From contig JBEKDT010000015.1 in assembly GCA_050014195.1 (NCBI GenBank), forward strand, positions 64,953-128,952: a stretch of 64,000 nt of DNA, given 5' to 3'. The position numbers and the translations under genes are program-made. Source of the DNA: Desulfomonilia bacterium (GTDB lineage Bacteria; Desulfobacterota; Desulfomonilia; UBA1062). The notes beneath the pieces are model-generated. The model was not told the DNA's origin, searched no databases, and worked only from the letters and a program-made list of their open reading frames with translations. Each line of letters opens with the position of its first letter. Position 1 is the stretch's first letter. Of the stretch, positions 48,673-59,386 are shown in pieces.

Positions 48673-49380
48673 ATGCAATCGACTTCCCGGATATCCATCC
48701 TCCAGGGTCTGGCGGCAGCTATACCCATCTGGATCGGATATATTGCCGTTGGTATCCCCTTCGGGGTCCTGGCAGGCAAGGCAGGGCTCTCCCCCTTGCA
48801 GATTGCACTCATGTCCGTAATCGTCTTTGCCGGGAGCTCCCAGTTCATCGCAGTCTCCATGATGGCCTCAGGGGCATCCATGCTCCCCATCATCATAACG
48901 ACCTTTTTCGTTAATCTCAGACACCTGCTCATGAGCGCCACTCTGGCACTTCATCTCAGAGGGGCATCAAGAGGCTTATTAAGTCTGTTTGCCTATGGTG
49001 TTACTGATGAGAGCTTTGCAGTGAACCTCACCAGGTTCATGAACGGCGATTGGGATATAAAGAGGTCGCTCGTGGTGAATCACACAGCCAATGTCGTATG
49101 GATAGCAAGCACCATAGCCGGTGGCTATCTCGGGGAGATCATTCCGGAAGGGGCTTTTGGCATCGACTATGCGCTCACTGCCATGTTCATTTCATTGCTG
49201 GTACTTCAGTTGAAAAATAATCTTATCCTCATCACCACGATTCTGTCCGGTTTTCTGTCCGTGATCTTTTCCCTACTCTTGCCCGGTGCCTGGAATATCG
49301 TCATCTCATCCATGCTCGCTGCATCTTTGGGTGTTGCAATTCTGGCCGTCCTTCAAAGAAAGAGAACAGGGGCTTCTTGA
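48673..49380 (+). CDS. azlC: AzlC family amino-acid exporter
   Basis: FAGSSQF, VNLRHLLM, TDESFA. Confidence 0.92.
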   Translation: MQSTSRISILQGLAAAIPIWIGYIAVGIPFGVLAGKAGLSPLQIALMSVIVFAGSSQFIAVSMMASGASMLPIIITTFFVNLRHLLMSATLALHLRGASRGLLSLFAYGVTDESFAVNLTRFMNGDWDIKRSLVVNHTANVVWIASTIAGGYLGEIIPEGAFGIDYALTAMFISLLVLQLKNNLILITTILSGFLSVIFSLLLPGAWNIVISSMLAASLGVAILAVLQRKRTGAS

Positions 49381-49703
49381 TGACATTTGAAAACTATCTC
49401 CTCTGCGTGCTCGGCATGGGGCTTGTCACTTTCATACCACGGTGGATACCCCTTGCCTGGCTGTCCACAAGGGATATCCCCGAGATCATGAAGGAGTGGC
49501 TGAGATTCATACCGGCATGTATCTTAAGCGCATTGGTGGCTCCTGCGATCTTTCTCGATGCATCAACAGGGCGATTCCAGATGCTGCAGCCCAGGTTCCT
49601 TGCTGCGATACCCACCTTGTTCTTTGCCCTGAAGACAAGATCGCTCGGAGGCACGGTCATAGTAGGGATGGTCGTATACTGGATCATGAACAAGCTTATC
49701 TGA
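49377..49703 (+). CDS. azlD: AzlD family protein
   Basis: MGLVTFIPR..P..LSALVAP; follows azlC. Confidence 0.88.
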   Translation: MMTFENYLLCVLGMGLVTFIPRWIPLAWLSTRDIPEIMKEWLRFIPACILSALVAPAIFLDASTGRFQMLQPRFLAAIPTLFFALKTRSLGGTVIVGMVVYWIMNKLI

Positions 49704-49843
49704 TCCTGATTTAAGGACCATTGTCATCTATAAGGGGAACCAGCCATGTTGAGACACAAGGGAGAATCCTCCATCGACACTTGACATCTGAGAAGTCTTC
49801 AGATATATCCGTGCCCTATTTATCGTGCTAAGGAGTAGTGCGC

Positions 49844-50272
49844 ATGGGTACATTTCAAGCAAGAAAAGAAGAGGTAGCCAGGCAGTGGGTCCTGGTGGAC
49901 GCCACAGACATGGTGCTCGGCAGGCTTGCCGTGCAGGTTGCCTCCATCCTCAGGGGTAAGACCAAGCCGGAATTCACCCCCCATACCGATGTGGGTGATT
50001 TCGTCGTCATAATCAATGCCGGCAAGGTCAGGGTCACCGGCAACAAACTTGAACAGAAGACCTACTATCACCACAGCGGATACATGGGCGGCATCAAGAG
50101 CGCAACCATGAAGGAGATCCTCAATAAGAAGCCCGAAGATGTCATCAGGCATGCGGTGAAGGGGATGCTCCCCAAGAACTCTCTTGGCAGGGCCATGTTC
50201 AAGAAGCTCAAGGTCTATATCGGGGATGTCCATCCGCACGAGGCACAGAAGCCTCAGCTATTAAGCAAGTAA
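49844..50272 (+). CDS. rplM: 50S ribosomal protein L13
   Basis: WVLVDA..LGRLA..GK.KP.FTPH.D.GD, GMLPK. Confidence 0.97.
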   Translation: MGTFQARKEEVARQWVLVDATDMVLGRLAVQVASILRGKTKPEFTPHTDVGDFVVIINAGKVRVTGNKLEQKTYYHHSGYMGGIKSATMKEILNKKPEDVIRHAVKGMLPKNSLGRAMFKKLKVYIGDVHPHEAQKPQLLSK

Positions 50273-50284
50273 GAGGGATTTGGT

Positions 50285-50677
50285 ATGGCAGAGAAAATAT
50301 ACGCCACTGGACGTAGGAAGAACGCAACTGCGCGGGTATGGCTGTCCCCGGGTACCGGAGAGATGACGGTAAACGGCAAACCCATGGATGATTATTTTCC
50401 ACGGGAAACACTGAAGATGTCAGCGAAACAGCCCTTTGACATCACCGACACCAAAGGGCAGTTCGATATCTATGCCACTGTCAGCGGCGGTGGGATTTCC
50501 GGTCAGGCCGGCGCTTTGCGCCATGGCATCTCACGGGCGCTTGCATCCTTTGATATCGAGAGATTCCGATCCAAACTGAAGGCCGCCGGGTTCCTTACCC
50601 GGGATCCCCGGATGGTGGAGCGCAAGAAATACGGACTCCACAAGGCCCGCAAGAGACCTCAGTTCTCCAAGAGGTAG
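50285..50677 (+). CDS. rpsI: 30S ribosomal protein S9
   Basis: [26 protein letters not shown]. Confidence 0.98.
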   Translation: MAEKIYATGRRKNATARVWLSPGTGEMTVNGKPMDDYFPRETLKMSAKQPFDITDTKGQFDIYATVSGGGISGQAGALRHGISRALASFDIERFRSKLKAAGFLTRDPRMVERKKYGLHKARKRPQFSKR

Positions 50678-50684
50678 CACTTCT

Positions 50685-51713
50685 TTGACGATCTCCATAG
50701 GTATCCTGGGAGCCACAGGGTATACCGGTGCGGAGCTTATAAGGCTGCTTCATTCGCACCCAGCGGCCAGGATCACCTACTGTTCATCACGGCAGTATAA
50801 CGGGAAGTCCATCTCCGACGTACTCGAATTTCTGAAGGGTTCGGTAGACATAGGCCTTGAGGAGTTTGACGCCTCAGCCATAAAAAAAAGGTGTGATGTC
50901 GTATTCAGCTGCCTCCCCCACGGCGTGAGCATGGGCTTCATCGCTCAAATCATCGACTCGGTGAAGGTGGTGGACCTGAGTGCGGACTCCCGCATCCGCG
51001 ATGCCTCGACTTACCGTGAGTGGTATCAGGATCATACAAACCCGGAGCTGCTCGAAGAAGCTGTCTATGGGCTCAGCGAGGTCTATCGTAATGAGATCAG
51101 GGATGCAAGGCTCGTGGCAAATCCCGGGTGTTACCCCACCAGTGTGCTGCTCCCTCTCATACCGCTTCTAAAGGCCAGGATCATATCATCCAAGGACATT
51201 ATCGTGGACAGCAAGAGCGGTGTCTCCGGCGCAGGGAGAGGCTTAAGCCTGAAGACCCACATCTGCGAGACAGGCGAATCGTTCTTAGCCTATAAAGTCG
51301 GCCGTTCCCACAGGCATCTCCCCGAGATGGAACAGGAGCTGAGCAGGGCTGCAGGTGAAAAAGTCAGCATCGAGTTCACCCCGCACCTCATACCCATAAG
51401 CCGCGGTATGCTATCCACCATCTACATGAATACATCTGCCGACGAGGAAGACCTCATAAACTGCCTCAAGGGCTTCTACCAGGGCTCACAATTCGTACGG
51501 GTCATCAACGCTCTGCCTGCCACCAAGGACGTCCGCGGCACCAACAGGTGCCTCATGAGTGTAGTGAAGAACAAGGCCTCCAGCAGGGCCACCATCATAA
51601 GCGTTATCGACAACCTCACCAAGGGTGCATCGGGCCAGGCCGTACAGAACATGAACCTCATGTTCGGACTGGATGAGGCAGCCGGTCTTGACTATGTCCC
51701 GGTATTTCCCTAA
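50685..51713 (+). CDS. argC: N-acetyl-gamma-glutamyl-phosphate reductase
   Basis: GATGYTG, ANPGCYPT, SGVSGAG, DNLTKGASGQA. Confidence 0.96.
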   Translation: MTISIGILGATGYTGAELIRLLHSHPAARITYCSSRQYNGKSISDVLEFLKGSVDIGLEEFDASAIKKRCDVVFSCLPHGVSMGFIAQIIDSVKVVDLSADSRIRDASTYREWYQDHTNPELLEEAVYGLSEVYRNEIRDARLVANPGCYPTSVLLPLIPLLKARIISSKDIIVDSKSGVSGAGRGLSLKTHICETGESFLAYKVGRSHRHLPEMEQELSRAAGEKVSIEFTPHLIPISRGMLSTIYMNTSADEEDLINCLKGFYQGSQFVRVINALPATKDVRGTNRCLMSVVKNKASSRATIISVIDNLTKGASGQAVQNMNLMFGLDEAAGLDYVPVFP

Positions 51714-51817
51714 ATCTGACAACAGGGTTTAGGCGCCGAATCCTAAGGTGCGCGGGTATTGATCATAACAGTAAAGAAGTGTGGCAACCGTGCGAGGGCA
51801 AGGTAAGGAGGCAAGCC

Positions 51818-52639
51818 ATGACAGGACCTGTCCGCAGACCGGTCATCGCAGGCAGTTGGTATCCGGGCAATCCGGACACTTTGAAAAAGGACATCAAGGG
51901 GTATCTGAAAGAGGCATCCATCCCTGAGATCTCCCAAAAACCCGTTGCCATCATCACCCCCCATGCAGGTTATATGTATTCCGGGCCTGTAGCGGCCTAC
52001 GCATATAAGGCCCTCACCGGATATGATTACTCCACCGTGGTAGTCATCAGCCCCTCCCACAGGGCGTACTTCCCCTTCATATCAGTCTGGCCAAAGGGTT
52101 CCTATGAAACACCGCTCGGCATGATAGATGTGGATGAAGACCTCTGCGAGAGGCTCTTAAAGTCCGGGGATATCCAGGGTGATACCCATGCACACACCGC
52201 AGAGCACGCCCTTGAGATACAACTCCCCTTCCTCCAGAGTGTCCTCAAACCGTTCAAACTTTGCCCGCTCATCATGGGCAGGCAGGATCTGTCCCTGTGC
52301 GAGAGTCTCGCGGAGTCCCTTCACAAGAATATTAAAGACCCTGATAATACGCTCCTCGTCGCGAGCTCGGATCTCTCCCATTTTCATTCTTCCCATACGG
52401 CTGAGAATATGGACCGGCAGGTCGTAGCACGCATCGATGCCTTCGATATCTCCGGCTTGAGCCTGGATTTCGAAAGGGCCTACAGCGAGGCCTGCGGGGG
52501 CGGACCCATCCTTACCGCACTGCTTTACGCCAAGCTGCTGTCGAAGACCAATGCCAGGGTGCTCCGGTACGCCCACTCAGGCCATATCACGGGCGACAAC
52601 TCCTCGGTGGTGGGATACCTCGCGGCAATTGTGTATTAA
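51818..52639 (+). CDS. amrB: MEMO1 family protein (AmmeMemoRadiSam protein B)
   Basis: RRPVIAGSWYP, PHAGYMYSG, EHALEIQLPFLQ, SSDLSH, ACG, VVGY. Confidence 0.9.
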   Translation: MTGPVRRPVIAGSWYPGNPDTLKKDIKGYLKEASIPEISQKPVAIITPHAGYMYSGPVAAYAYKALTGYDYSTVVVISPSHRAYFPFISVWPKGSYETPLGMIDVDEDLCERLLKSGDIQGDTHAHTAEHALEIQLPFLQSVLKPFKLCPLIMGRQDLSLCESLAESLHKNIKDPDNTLLVASSDLSHFHSSHTAENMDRQVVARIDAFDISGLSLDFERAYSEACGGGPILTALLYAKLLSKTNARVLRYAHSGHITGDNSSVVGYLAAIVY

Positions 52640-52642
52640 AAG

Positions 52643-53593
52643 ATGCTGAAAAAGACCATCCTCTATTCTTCGGCCGTTATCATCGCCCTGATCATTGTTG
52701 ATGTTGCCATTTATTTCGTGTACCCGAACATATCTGCGCTCAAGAAAGAAGCCCCCCGGAAGACCGCGTTCATGGAATACCGGGAGAAAGAGTGGGCAAT
52801 TGAAGGGATACCAAAAACAATCACTCAGAAATGGGTGCCCTTGAAGAGGATATCCCCCTATCTCATCAAGGCGGTCATCATTGCGGAAGACGACAAATTC
52901 TGGCAGCATGAGGGCTTCGATCTCGAGGCAATGCATCAGGCTTTTGAAAAGGATATCAAAAAAAGGCAGTTCAAGGTCGGGGGCTCCACTATAAGCCAGC
53001 AGCTGGCCAAAAACCTCTATCTCTCCCCTTCCAAAAACCCTATTCGAAAGATCAAGGAGGCCATCATCACCTGGCGGATGGAACGGACACTGTCGAAGAG
53101 AAGGATCGTTGAGCTCTATCTCAACATGGCCGAATGGGGGGACGGGATCTTCGGCATCGAGGCCGCAGCACAGCATTACTTTTCAAAGCATGCATCAAAC
53201 CTGAGCCCGGAAGAAGCGGCAAGGCTTGCCACGGTACTCCCCAATCCAAGGAGATTCAGCCCTGTCGGAAACTCAAAGTATGTTCAGAATCGCTCGGCAA
53301 GGATATACCGGATCATGGTTGCCCGGGGCATCGTGATACCCGAATATGAAGAGGTCATGAAAGCTCCTGAAGAGAAGATAGAGGATACAGCGGCAGGAAC
53401 GCTGACCGGGGTTACCGGCACGACGGGCATAACGCCTCCTTCCAAGGATTCAGTACAGGAAAACCCTTCTGACGAATCACGTCAGGGGACAGAGAAAACA
53501 AATCCTCCCGATGCGGCATCACCGGATGCCGCCGGAAGCAGTCCTTCTGCCCCTAATCCGGGGGAGGGTGCAGGGAATGAGGGAAACAACTAA
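52643..53593 (+). CDS. mtgA: Monofunctional peptidoglycan transglycosylase
   Basis: AEDDKFWQHEGFD, GGSTISQQLAKNL, RKIKEA, ELYLN. Confidence 0.93.
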   Translation: MLKKTILYSSAVIIALIIVDVAIYFVYPNISALKKEAPRKTAFMEYREKEWAIEGIPKTITQKWVPLKRISPYLIKAVIIAEDDKFWQHEGFDLEAMHQAFEKDIKKRQFKVGGSTISQQLAKNLYLSPSKNPIRKIKEAIITWRMERTLSKRRIVELYLNMAEWGDGIFGIEAAAQHYFSKHASNLSPEEAARLATVLPNPRRFSPVGNSKYVQNRSARIYRIMVARGIVIPEYEEVMKAPEEKIEDTAAGTLTGVTGTTGITPPSKDSVQENPSDESRQGTEKTNPPDAASPDAAGSSPSAPNPGEGAGNEGNN

Positions 53594-53696
53594 AGCGCAT
53601 GTGTCTTCTTGCTGAAACCCGGATCTTGCGTTGGTAAGCGAAGCAGCCATTGCAGCGGTATACGTACCTGATCTGGTTTTAAGATGGAGGCTGACC

Positions 53697-54119
53697 ATGG
53701 CAATTCGAATCGTTCGGCTCGGAAGCCCCCGCACTCTCGGCGAGGGTTTGCGCATCGGCACGGTCAGGCGCCCTCCGAGAGGGGTGCCGAAGAGCGAGTT
53801 TGCATCACGAAATTTCTATGATGTGTGGCTGCCCAACCTGGCGCCCAGTGAGGAGCTTGTCAAGGAAGCACGGTCATCTAAAGATGCGGCGAGTTGGCGG
53901 TCTTTTGTCAGAAAATACCGCACGGAGATGAAACGCCCGGAGAACAGCCGGGTTATCGATCTGCTTGCAGCATTATCGCACCATACGGATTTTTCTCTCG
54001 GTTGTTACTGCGCCGATGAGCAGCACTGCCACCGCTCAGTGCTTCGCGAGCTCCTTGCCGAACGCGGTGCTTCAATAGATACTTCAGCGGGATCTCAAAA
54101 GATACCAACACCTAGGTGA
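53697..54119 (+). CDS. DUF488 family protein
   Basis: RIGTVRRPPRGV, WLPNLAPS, CHRSVL; GGAGG RBS. Confidence 0.85.
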   Translation: MAIRIVRLGSPRTLGEGLRIGTVRRPPRGVPKSEFASRNFYDVWLPNLAPSEELVKEARSSKDAASWRSFVRKYRTEMKRPENSRVIDLLAALSHHTDFSLGCYCADEQHCHRSVLRELLAERGASIDTSAGSQKIPTPR

Positions 54120-54177
54120 GTGCTATTGCTCCAGGAAGCGCTTGAACCCAAGGAATAAATTTATTGAGCAAACATGA

Positions 54178-55557
54178 TCAATCCCTCTCAAAGGGGATAT
54201 GGTATTTCTCCAGTTTCCTTTCAAATGTCGGCCGGGAGATGCCAAGCAGATCACATATCTCACCCTTATTCAGTTTCGTATCCCGGATAACCTTCCTGAT
54301 ATGCAGTTCTTCTACTTCATCAAGGGTGAGGAACCTGCCCGAGGCATCCCGTGAAAGGTCACTGTCCTGTTCTCTTGTATTTTGGAGCCCGGAAACCACA
54401 TTCAAGTCAGGGAAATCGGACTTTATGAGAACCTGCCCCTTGGAGACAACCGCTGCACGGACAAGGAGGTTTTCAAGCTCCCTGATGTTTCCCGGCCAGC
54501 CGTATTGCCTGAAGATCTCAAGCATCTCATCCGAGACCCCTGCGATATGCTTGTGGAGGTCGATATTGATCTTGGCCAATAAATAATCAATGAGTGGTTT
54601 TAAGTCTTCCTTCCGTTCTCTTAAGGGGGGAATATGGATGGTGACGATATTCAGCCGGTAGTACAAATCATCCCTGAACTGCCCTTCTTTTATCATTGCC
54701 CTTAAGTCCTTATTGGTTGCTGCAATGATTCTGGCATTTACCTTGATCCGGTCCTTCCCACCCACACGCTCGAATTCCCTCTCCTGAAGGACCCTAAGCA
54801 GCTTCGCCTGGAGATTCAATGACATCTCGCTGATTTCATCCAGGAATACCGTGCCATACCGTGCAAGCTCGAACTTGCCCGGTTTCCGGGTGATCGCCCC
54901 GGTAAATGAACCCTTCTCATGGCCGAACAGCTCTGATTCAAGCAGGGTCTCAACAATCGCCGAGCAGTTTATTGCAATATAAGGTTCATCGGCAGCGGTA
55001 TTATTATGAATCACCTTTGCGATCAGTTCCTTGCCTGTTCCGCTTTCTCCCTCTATCAGCACCGGGGTCCTGCTCTGCGAGACTACGCCGATGGTCTTGA
55101 ATATCTCCCTCATCCCGGGGCCTTCACCTATGATATCGCCGACCTTGTAATCCCGTGACGACTCTACAAGAAGCCCCTTTATCTTTTTCTCCATCTCCAA
55201 CGCATGGATCGCCTTTTTAATGGCGATATCGAGCTCATTTACATCGACGGGTTTGTGGATATAGTCGAATGCCCCCTCTTTCATGGCCTTTATCGTGGAT
55301 TCCATGTCATGATGGGCCGTGATCATGATGACCTTCACATTCTCATCCTCTTCCCGCAGCTCTTCAAGGATGGTAAAACCGTTTACATCGGGAAGCCTGA
55401 TATCCAGGATAACCACATCGGGTGATATCTGCGTATATTGATTAAGGCCTTCCGTGCCGGTGGGTGCGGTATTGACCTCATACCCCTCTTCGGTCAGATA
55501 CAGATCGAGTGTCTCACGGATCGAGCTGTCATCATCAATAACAAGTATCTTCGACAT
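54178..55557 (-). CDS. sigma54-dependent response regulator (NtrC family)
   Basis: REC domain, [29 protein letters not shown], Fis-type HTH. Confidence 0.95.
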   Translation of the reverse strand: MSKILVIDDDSSIRETLDLYLTEEGYEVNTAPTGTEGLNQYTQISPDVVILDIRLPDVNGFTILEELREEDENVKVIMITAHHDMESTIKAMKEGAFDYIHKPVDVNELDIAIKKAIHALEMEKKIKGLLVESSRDYKVGDIIGEGPGMREIFKTIGVVSQSRTPVLIEGESGTGKELIAKVIHNNTAADEPYIAINCSAIVETLLESELFGHEKGSFTGAITRKPGKFELARYGTVFLDEISEMSLNLQAKLLRVLQEREFERVGGKDRIKVNARIIAATNKDLRAMIKEGQFRDDLYYRLNIVTIHIPPLRERKEDLKPLIDYLLAKINIDLHKHIAGVSDEMLEIFRQYGWPGNIRELENLLVRAAVVSKGQVLIKSDFPDLNVVSGLQNTREQDSDLSRDASGRFLTLDEVEELHIRKVIRDTKLNKGEICDLLGISRPTFERKLEKYHIPFERD

Positions 55558-55631
55558 ATTCCTGTTCCTCTATAACATTATTGCATGCAAAGAACACCCC
55601 TCCGGCGTTCCACTGAATTTGTAATCAATCA

Positions 55632-58190
55632 TTACCTCTTGGGAAGGGTTATGATGAACCGTGTCCCTTCCCCCTTCTTGCTCTTGACCTCTATCTCTCC
55701 ATCGTGCTGATCAATGATTTTCTTTACCTGGGTGAGACCGAGGCCGGTTCCATAATTTTTCTTGGTGAAAAAGGGGTTATATACATAGGGAAGATCTTCT
55801 TCATCTATACCGCAACCGTTATCTTCGATCTCTATGACAAGGGTATCATCTTCATTCCTCAAAGAGATCATGAGCCTTCCGCCCGGCTCCATTGCATCAA
55901 TGGCATTCTGGAAAATATTGATGAGTGCCTGGGTCATCATTTGCGGATCAACGGGAATGACACCAATGCCTTCGGCATATCTCTTCTGTATATCGATATC
56001 CTTGTCTTTGACGGATTTCTCAACCATGGCAAGAGACCCCTCTATGATTGACTTCATATCCGAATGTTCCTTATGGGGATCTGACGGCTTTGCATAGATG
56101 AGCACATCACTCACAAGCTTCTCAAGGTGCTCAACCTCTCTCTGTGCGATCTTGAACCTCTTGAGATCATTCCCTTCCGGCTGCATGCGTTTTTCCAGGA
56201 TCTGCAGGCTCATTTTTATCGATGAAAGAGGGTTTCTCACTTCATGGGCGATACCGGCGGATAATTGACCGATGGCAGCGAGCTTTTGGCTCTCGTAATA
56301 TTTTTTCTCGAGCTCTTTCAGCTCGGTGATATCCCGTTCGACCAGAACGAATCTGTCTGTGCCTTTTACCGGACTCGGTGTCATCAAGAGATGCTTTTTT
56401 AGGCCTTTATTAGAAACCATTTCAAGTTCATAAGGTTTAAAAATCCCCTTTTTTGCGTCCTCCCATTTTGAGATGGCATAGTCTCTGTGTTCCGGGGCCA
56501 CATATTCCGTGAAGTGTTTCCCCTTGGGATCATATGTGCCCCTGCGTATCTGCCTGCTGACATAGTTGATGATGCCGTCTTTGTTCAGCTCATATATCTT
56601 ATCAGGCAGACTGTTTAAGATACTCTTGAGATAACTGAAGAGCTCCTCGACCTCCCTTCTGAGCCTGATATTCTCTTCAAGCTCGTTCTGGAGGGTTTCG
56701 GCATATTCTTGAAGGTTCTTGGTGAGCTCCACCTCTTTCGATACATCGAGAAAGGTCTCGATGGCTGCTACAATATCGCCTTTTTCATCAAAGATCGGTG
56801 CAGCAAGGAAATGCAGGTGGCGCTCCTTGCCGCTGAGGTTTTTAAAATATTTTACCGCCTCATATGCCCCTTCAATGGACTCGGATCTTCTTACCTTGCC
56901 TTCTCCGTAATATGTTTCAAAGGTATCCACATTATGATCAATGATGAAATCCGCCAGGAACGGCCTTTTCTCTTTGTAAAACGGTTTATAGTAATTATCC
57001 GTGTTGATCATCTCTTCCGAGCTGTAACCGGTAAGATCGGTACACGCACGATTCCACAAGATAACTCTATGACTTTTATTGAGCACAAATGTCGGTACCG
57101 GGGAGCCTTCAACGATCCCTTCAATAGTCATCTTTTCGCGTAGGAGCTTTCCTTGCCACTCCTCCCGCTCTTGGAGCCTTTTGAGCTCTTCATGGAGCCG
57201 GAGTCTTTTTACATCAGAGCGTGCAATCGAGATGGCCGTAATAACGACGACTGCAATGAGGCCGATCGCCCCCCAAATAATGTTTAACGATGCGCTGCGA
57301 ATAGGTTTCAAGACCTCGTCATACGGAGTCACGAGTACAACCCACCACTGCGTAATGCCTATGCGTATGGGGGCATAGGCAATAATGCACTTCTCCTCCT
57401 CGCCCTTATCGTTAAGAATAATCTCATTGTAATGTTGAGACGTGTAGGAAAACATTCTAAATAGCGTATTCCCCCCGGGTGTCAGTTGCGCAATATTTTT
57501 CCCGATATTTCTCTGATCAGGATGAAAGACAATGATTCCGGATTCATCAAGCAGCCAGTACGTATTCATATCATGAGTTTGCTCACGCGACATGAATCGC
57601 TTGATAAGCAACTGTGGAGATAAAACGGCCAGTACCGCTCCATCATACGTGTGATCAGATGATAAAATCGGCAGGCCTATTCCTATGGTCTTGCCGGGAG
57701 ATGCCTGGTTCTTGCTGTCATTTACATTAAACCCACTGATCTCCCCGGTAAATCTTTGATTCATCTTCTTCAGTACATGGTAGAGAGAAGCATCCTCAAT
57801 CTTCTTCCCATATAATTTTGATGAAAGATTTTCCGGGTACCCATAGACAACTACATCATCTTTATCTATCTCCACAACGGCGAGCACGATATCCTTAAGC
57901 TCATCAGAGAGGGCTTTCATTTCCTCTCGTTTCTTTGCTTCATCCGCAGCAAACGCCGGTAATAGCTTTGGGAGCATGCTCAAACCCTTCTCGCACCCGG
58001 CTATGGATTCCTCAATGCGGGACGCGCTCTGGTATGCGAGAGATGCCTGCTGAGAGCTGAACAAATCGATTATGGCACGTTCACGTACGTAGTAAACAGT
58101 AAGTGCAAGAAGGATAATCAGCACAATTACAATTAATGAGGTAAACCAGAGGGAATATCTTAGATAAATTCTGGAAATCTTTTTTTTCAT
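55632..58190 (-). CDS. Sensor histidine kinase (Cache + PAS)
   Basis: Two TMs, PAS domains, AHEVRNPL, N box, DNGCG, PFFT..GTGLGL. Confidence 0.93.
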   Translation of the reverse strand: MKKKISRIYLRYSLWFTSLIVIVLIILLALTVYYVRERAIIDLFSSQQASLAYQSASRIEESIAGCEKGLSMLPKLLPAFAADEAKKREEMKALSDELKDIVLAVVEIDKDDVVVYGYPENLSSKLYGKKIEDASLYHVLKKMNQRFTGEISGFNVNDSKNQASPGKTIGIGLPILSSDHTYDGAVLAVLSPQLLIKRFMSREQTHDMNTYWLLDESGIIVFHPDQRNIGKNIAQLTPGGNTLFRMFSYTSQHYNEIILNDKGEEEKCIIAYAPIRIGITQWWVVLVTPYDEVLKPIRSASLNIIWGAIGLIAVVVITAISIARSDVKRLRLHEELKRLQEREEWQGKLLREKMTIEGIVEGSPVPTFVLNKSHRVILWNRACTDLTGYSSEEMINTDNYYKPFYKEKRPFLADFIIDHNVDTFETYYGEGKVRRSESIEGAYEAVKYFKNLSGKERHLHFLAAPIFDEKGDIVAAIETFLDVSKEVELTKNLQEYAETLQNELEENIRLRREVEELFSYLKSILNSLPDKIYELNKDGIINYVSRQIRRGTYDPKGKHFTEYVAPEHRDYAISKWEDAKKGIFKPYELEMVSNKGLKKHLLMTPSPVKGTDRFVLVERDITELKELEKKYYESQKLAAIGQLSAGIAHEVRNPLSSIKMSLQILEKRMQPEGNDLKRFKIAQREVEHLEKLVSDVLIYAKPSDPHKEHSDMKSIIEGSLAMVEKSVKDKDIDIQKRYAEGIGVIPVDPQMMTQALINIFQNAIDAMEPGGRLMISLRNEDDTLVIEIEDNGCGIDEEDLPYVYNPFFTKKNYGTGLGLTQVKKIIDQHDGEIEVKSKKGEGTRFIITLPKR

Positions 58191-58267
58191 GCAGGATGAT
58201 TGTCTCTTATCCTTTTCTTAGATGCAATGAATTAAGATACTTTTTACATAAGTAAGCTTCGGTGCGG

Positions 58268-58438
58268 CTAAGCGTTTTTATCACCCTCCTCGTGCTCTGC
58301 AAATGCGATTAAAACGTAGATTGCAAAGGCAAAAAGCAGGGAGATGAGTAACGTTATGAAACCACTCTTGATGCCTATTACCAGTTCGCAGAATAACCAG
58401 GATACAAGATATGCTGCAATGGCTGCAATCTCCCTCAT
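58268..58438 (-). CDS. Small two-TM membrane protein (56 aa, not in the ORF track)
   Basis: Manual translation MREIAAIAAYLVSWLFCELVIGIKSGFITLLISLLFAFAIYVLIAFAEHEEGDKNA; purine-rich RBS. Confidence 0.5.
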   Translation of the reverse strand: MREIAAIAAYLVSWLFCELVIGIKSGFITLLISLLFAFAIYVLIAFAEHEEGDKNA

Positions 58439-58863
58439 CCCTATCCCTTTAGATCAGCTCTGTTTTTTTGCTGTTGCCCATTTTATATATTATACTGCTC
58501 AAGGAAAGTCACGAACTGTCTAAGAGCACATCCCAAATCCTTTCCTTACACGATACCCCTTGCCTGGAAGACCATATTCCCTTATCTTTACACCATTCCA
58601 TCATGATTCTATTGCACCTCATTAAGGTTCTTTACGTAGGCCTCCAGAGGAGATTTTTTAGATGTGTCATTGAGTATAAACGTTCAGGGGAGAACTTTCA
58701 GATCCATGGGGCATGTAACACTTTTTGTTCAATCCCACTGTCCTGTATTGAACGATCCGTTTAATAACACCATCCGGAGGCTGATGCTGCTTTTGGGGGT
58801 TATATGAGAAATGAACCATGTATTTCATAATGTTAGATCAAATCTTCTGTTGCCGAGATGTTG

Positions 58864-58878
58864 TGGCATGTCTATTGC
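58864..58878 (+). promoter_or_regulatory. sigma54 (-24/-12) promoter upstream of atpE
   Basis: TGGCATGTCTATTGC matches TGGCA-N6-TTGC. Confidence 0.7.
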
Positions 58879-58955
58879 TTTTTACTTGAAACAGAAATGA
58901 GGTCTCAGTCAAAAAATGCTTACGAAAAAATTACCAGTAAGAAAGGAGAATAAAA

Positions 58956-59333
58956 ATGTTTCGTAACGCTACTAAAATCTTATTCACATTCGCAGCAACA
59001 GTGGCCCTTTCGCTTTTAGCGTCACAGGGCGTCTTCGCAGCTGATGCTATTCCGGCCGCTCAAGATCCATTGATCAAGGTTATCTTCTCGGTAGGCGCCA
59101 TGCTCGGGGCAGGCTTTGCCATCGGGTTAGGGTGCATCGGTGCAGGTGCCGGTATCGGCGCGGCTGCTGCAGGCGCATCTGAGGCAGTGGGCAGAAACCC
59201 GGCTGCTCAGGGAAAAATCATGATGACCATGATGGTCGGTATGGCCATGGCTGAATCCATCGCAATCTATGCGCTGGTCATTACGCTCATCCTCATCTTC
59301 GCCAACCCATTTAAGACATTCCTGTTCGGATAA
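58956..59333 (+). CDS. atpE: ATP synthase F0 subunit c, stand-alone copy with N-terminal extension
   Basis: GxGxGxG helix, RNP loop, AESIAIY with the ion-binding Glu. Confidence 0.93.
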   Translation: MFRNATKILFTFAATVALSLLASQGVFAADAIPAAQDPLIKVIFSVGAMLGAGFAIGLGCIGAGAGIGAAAAGASEAVGRNPAAQGKIMMTMMVGMAMAESIAIYALVITLILIFANPFKTFLFG

Positions 59334-59386
59334 GATATCACCGGGGGATTTTTTAACAGAACGATTCACAGAATAAGGGGGAAAAA

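Noticed and set aside
58956-59333. Na+-specific c subunit
   Set aside because: It has ES..Y but lacks the helix-1 Gln/Glu and the Thr of the Na+ signature (reads GAGIG and ESIAIY), so it cannot be called Na+-coupled.
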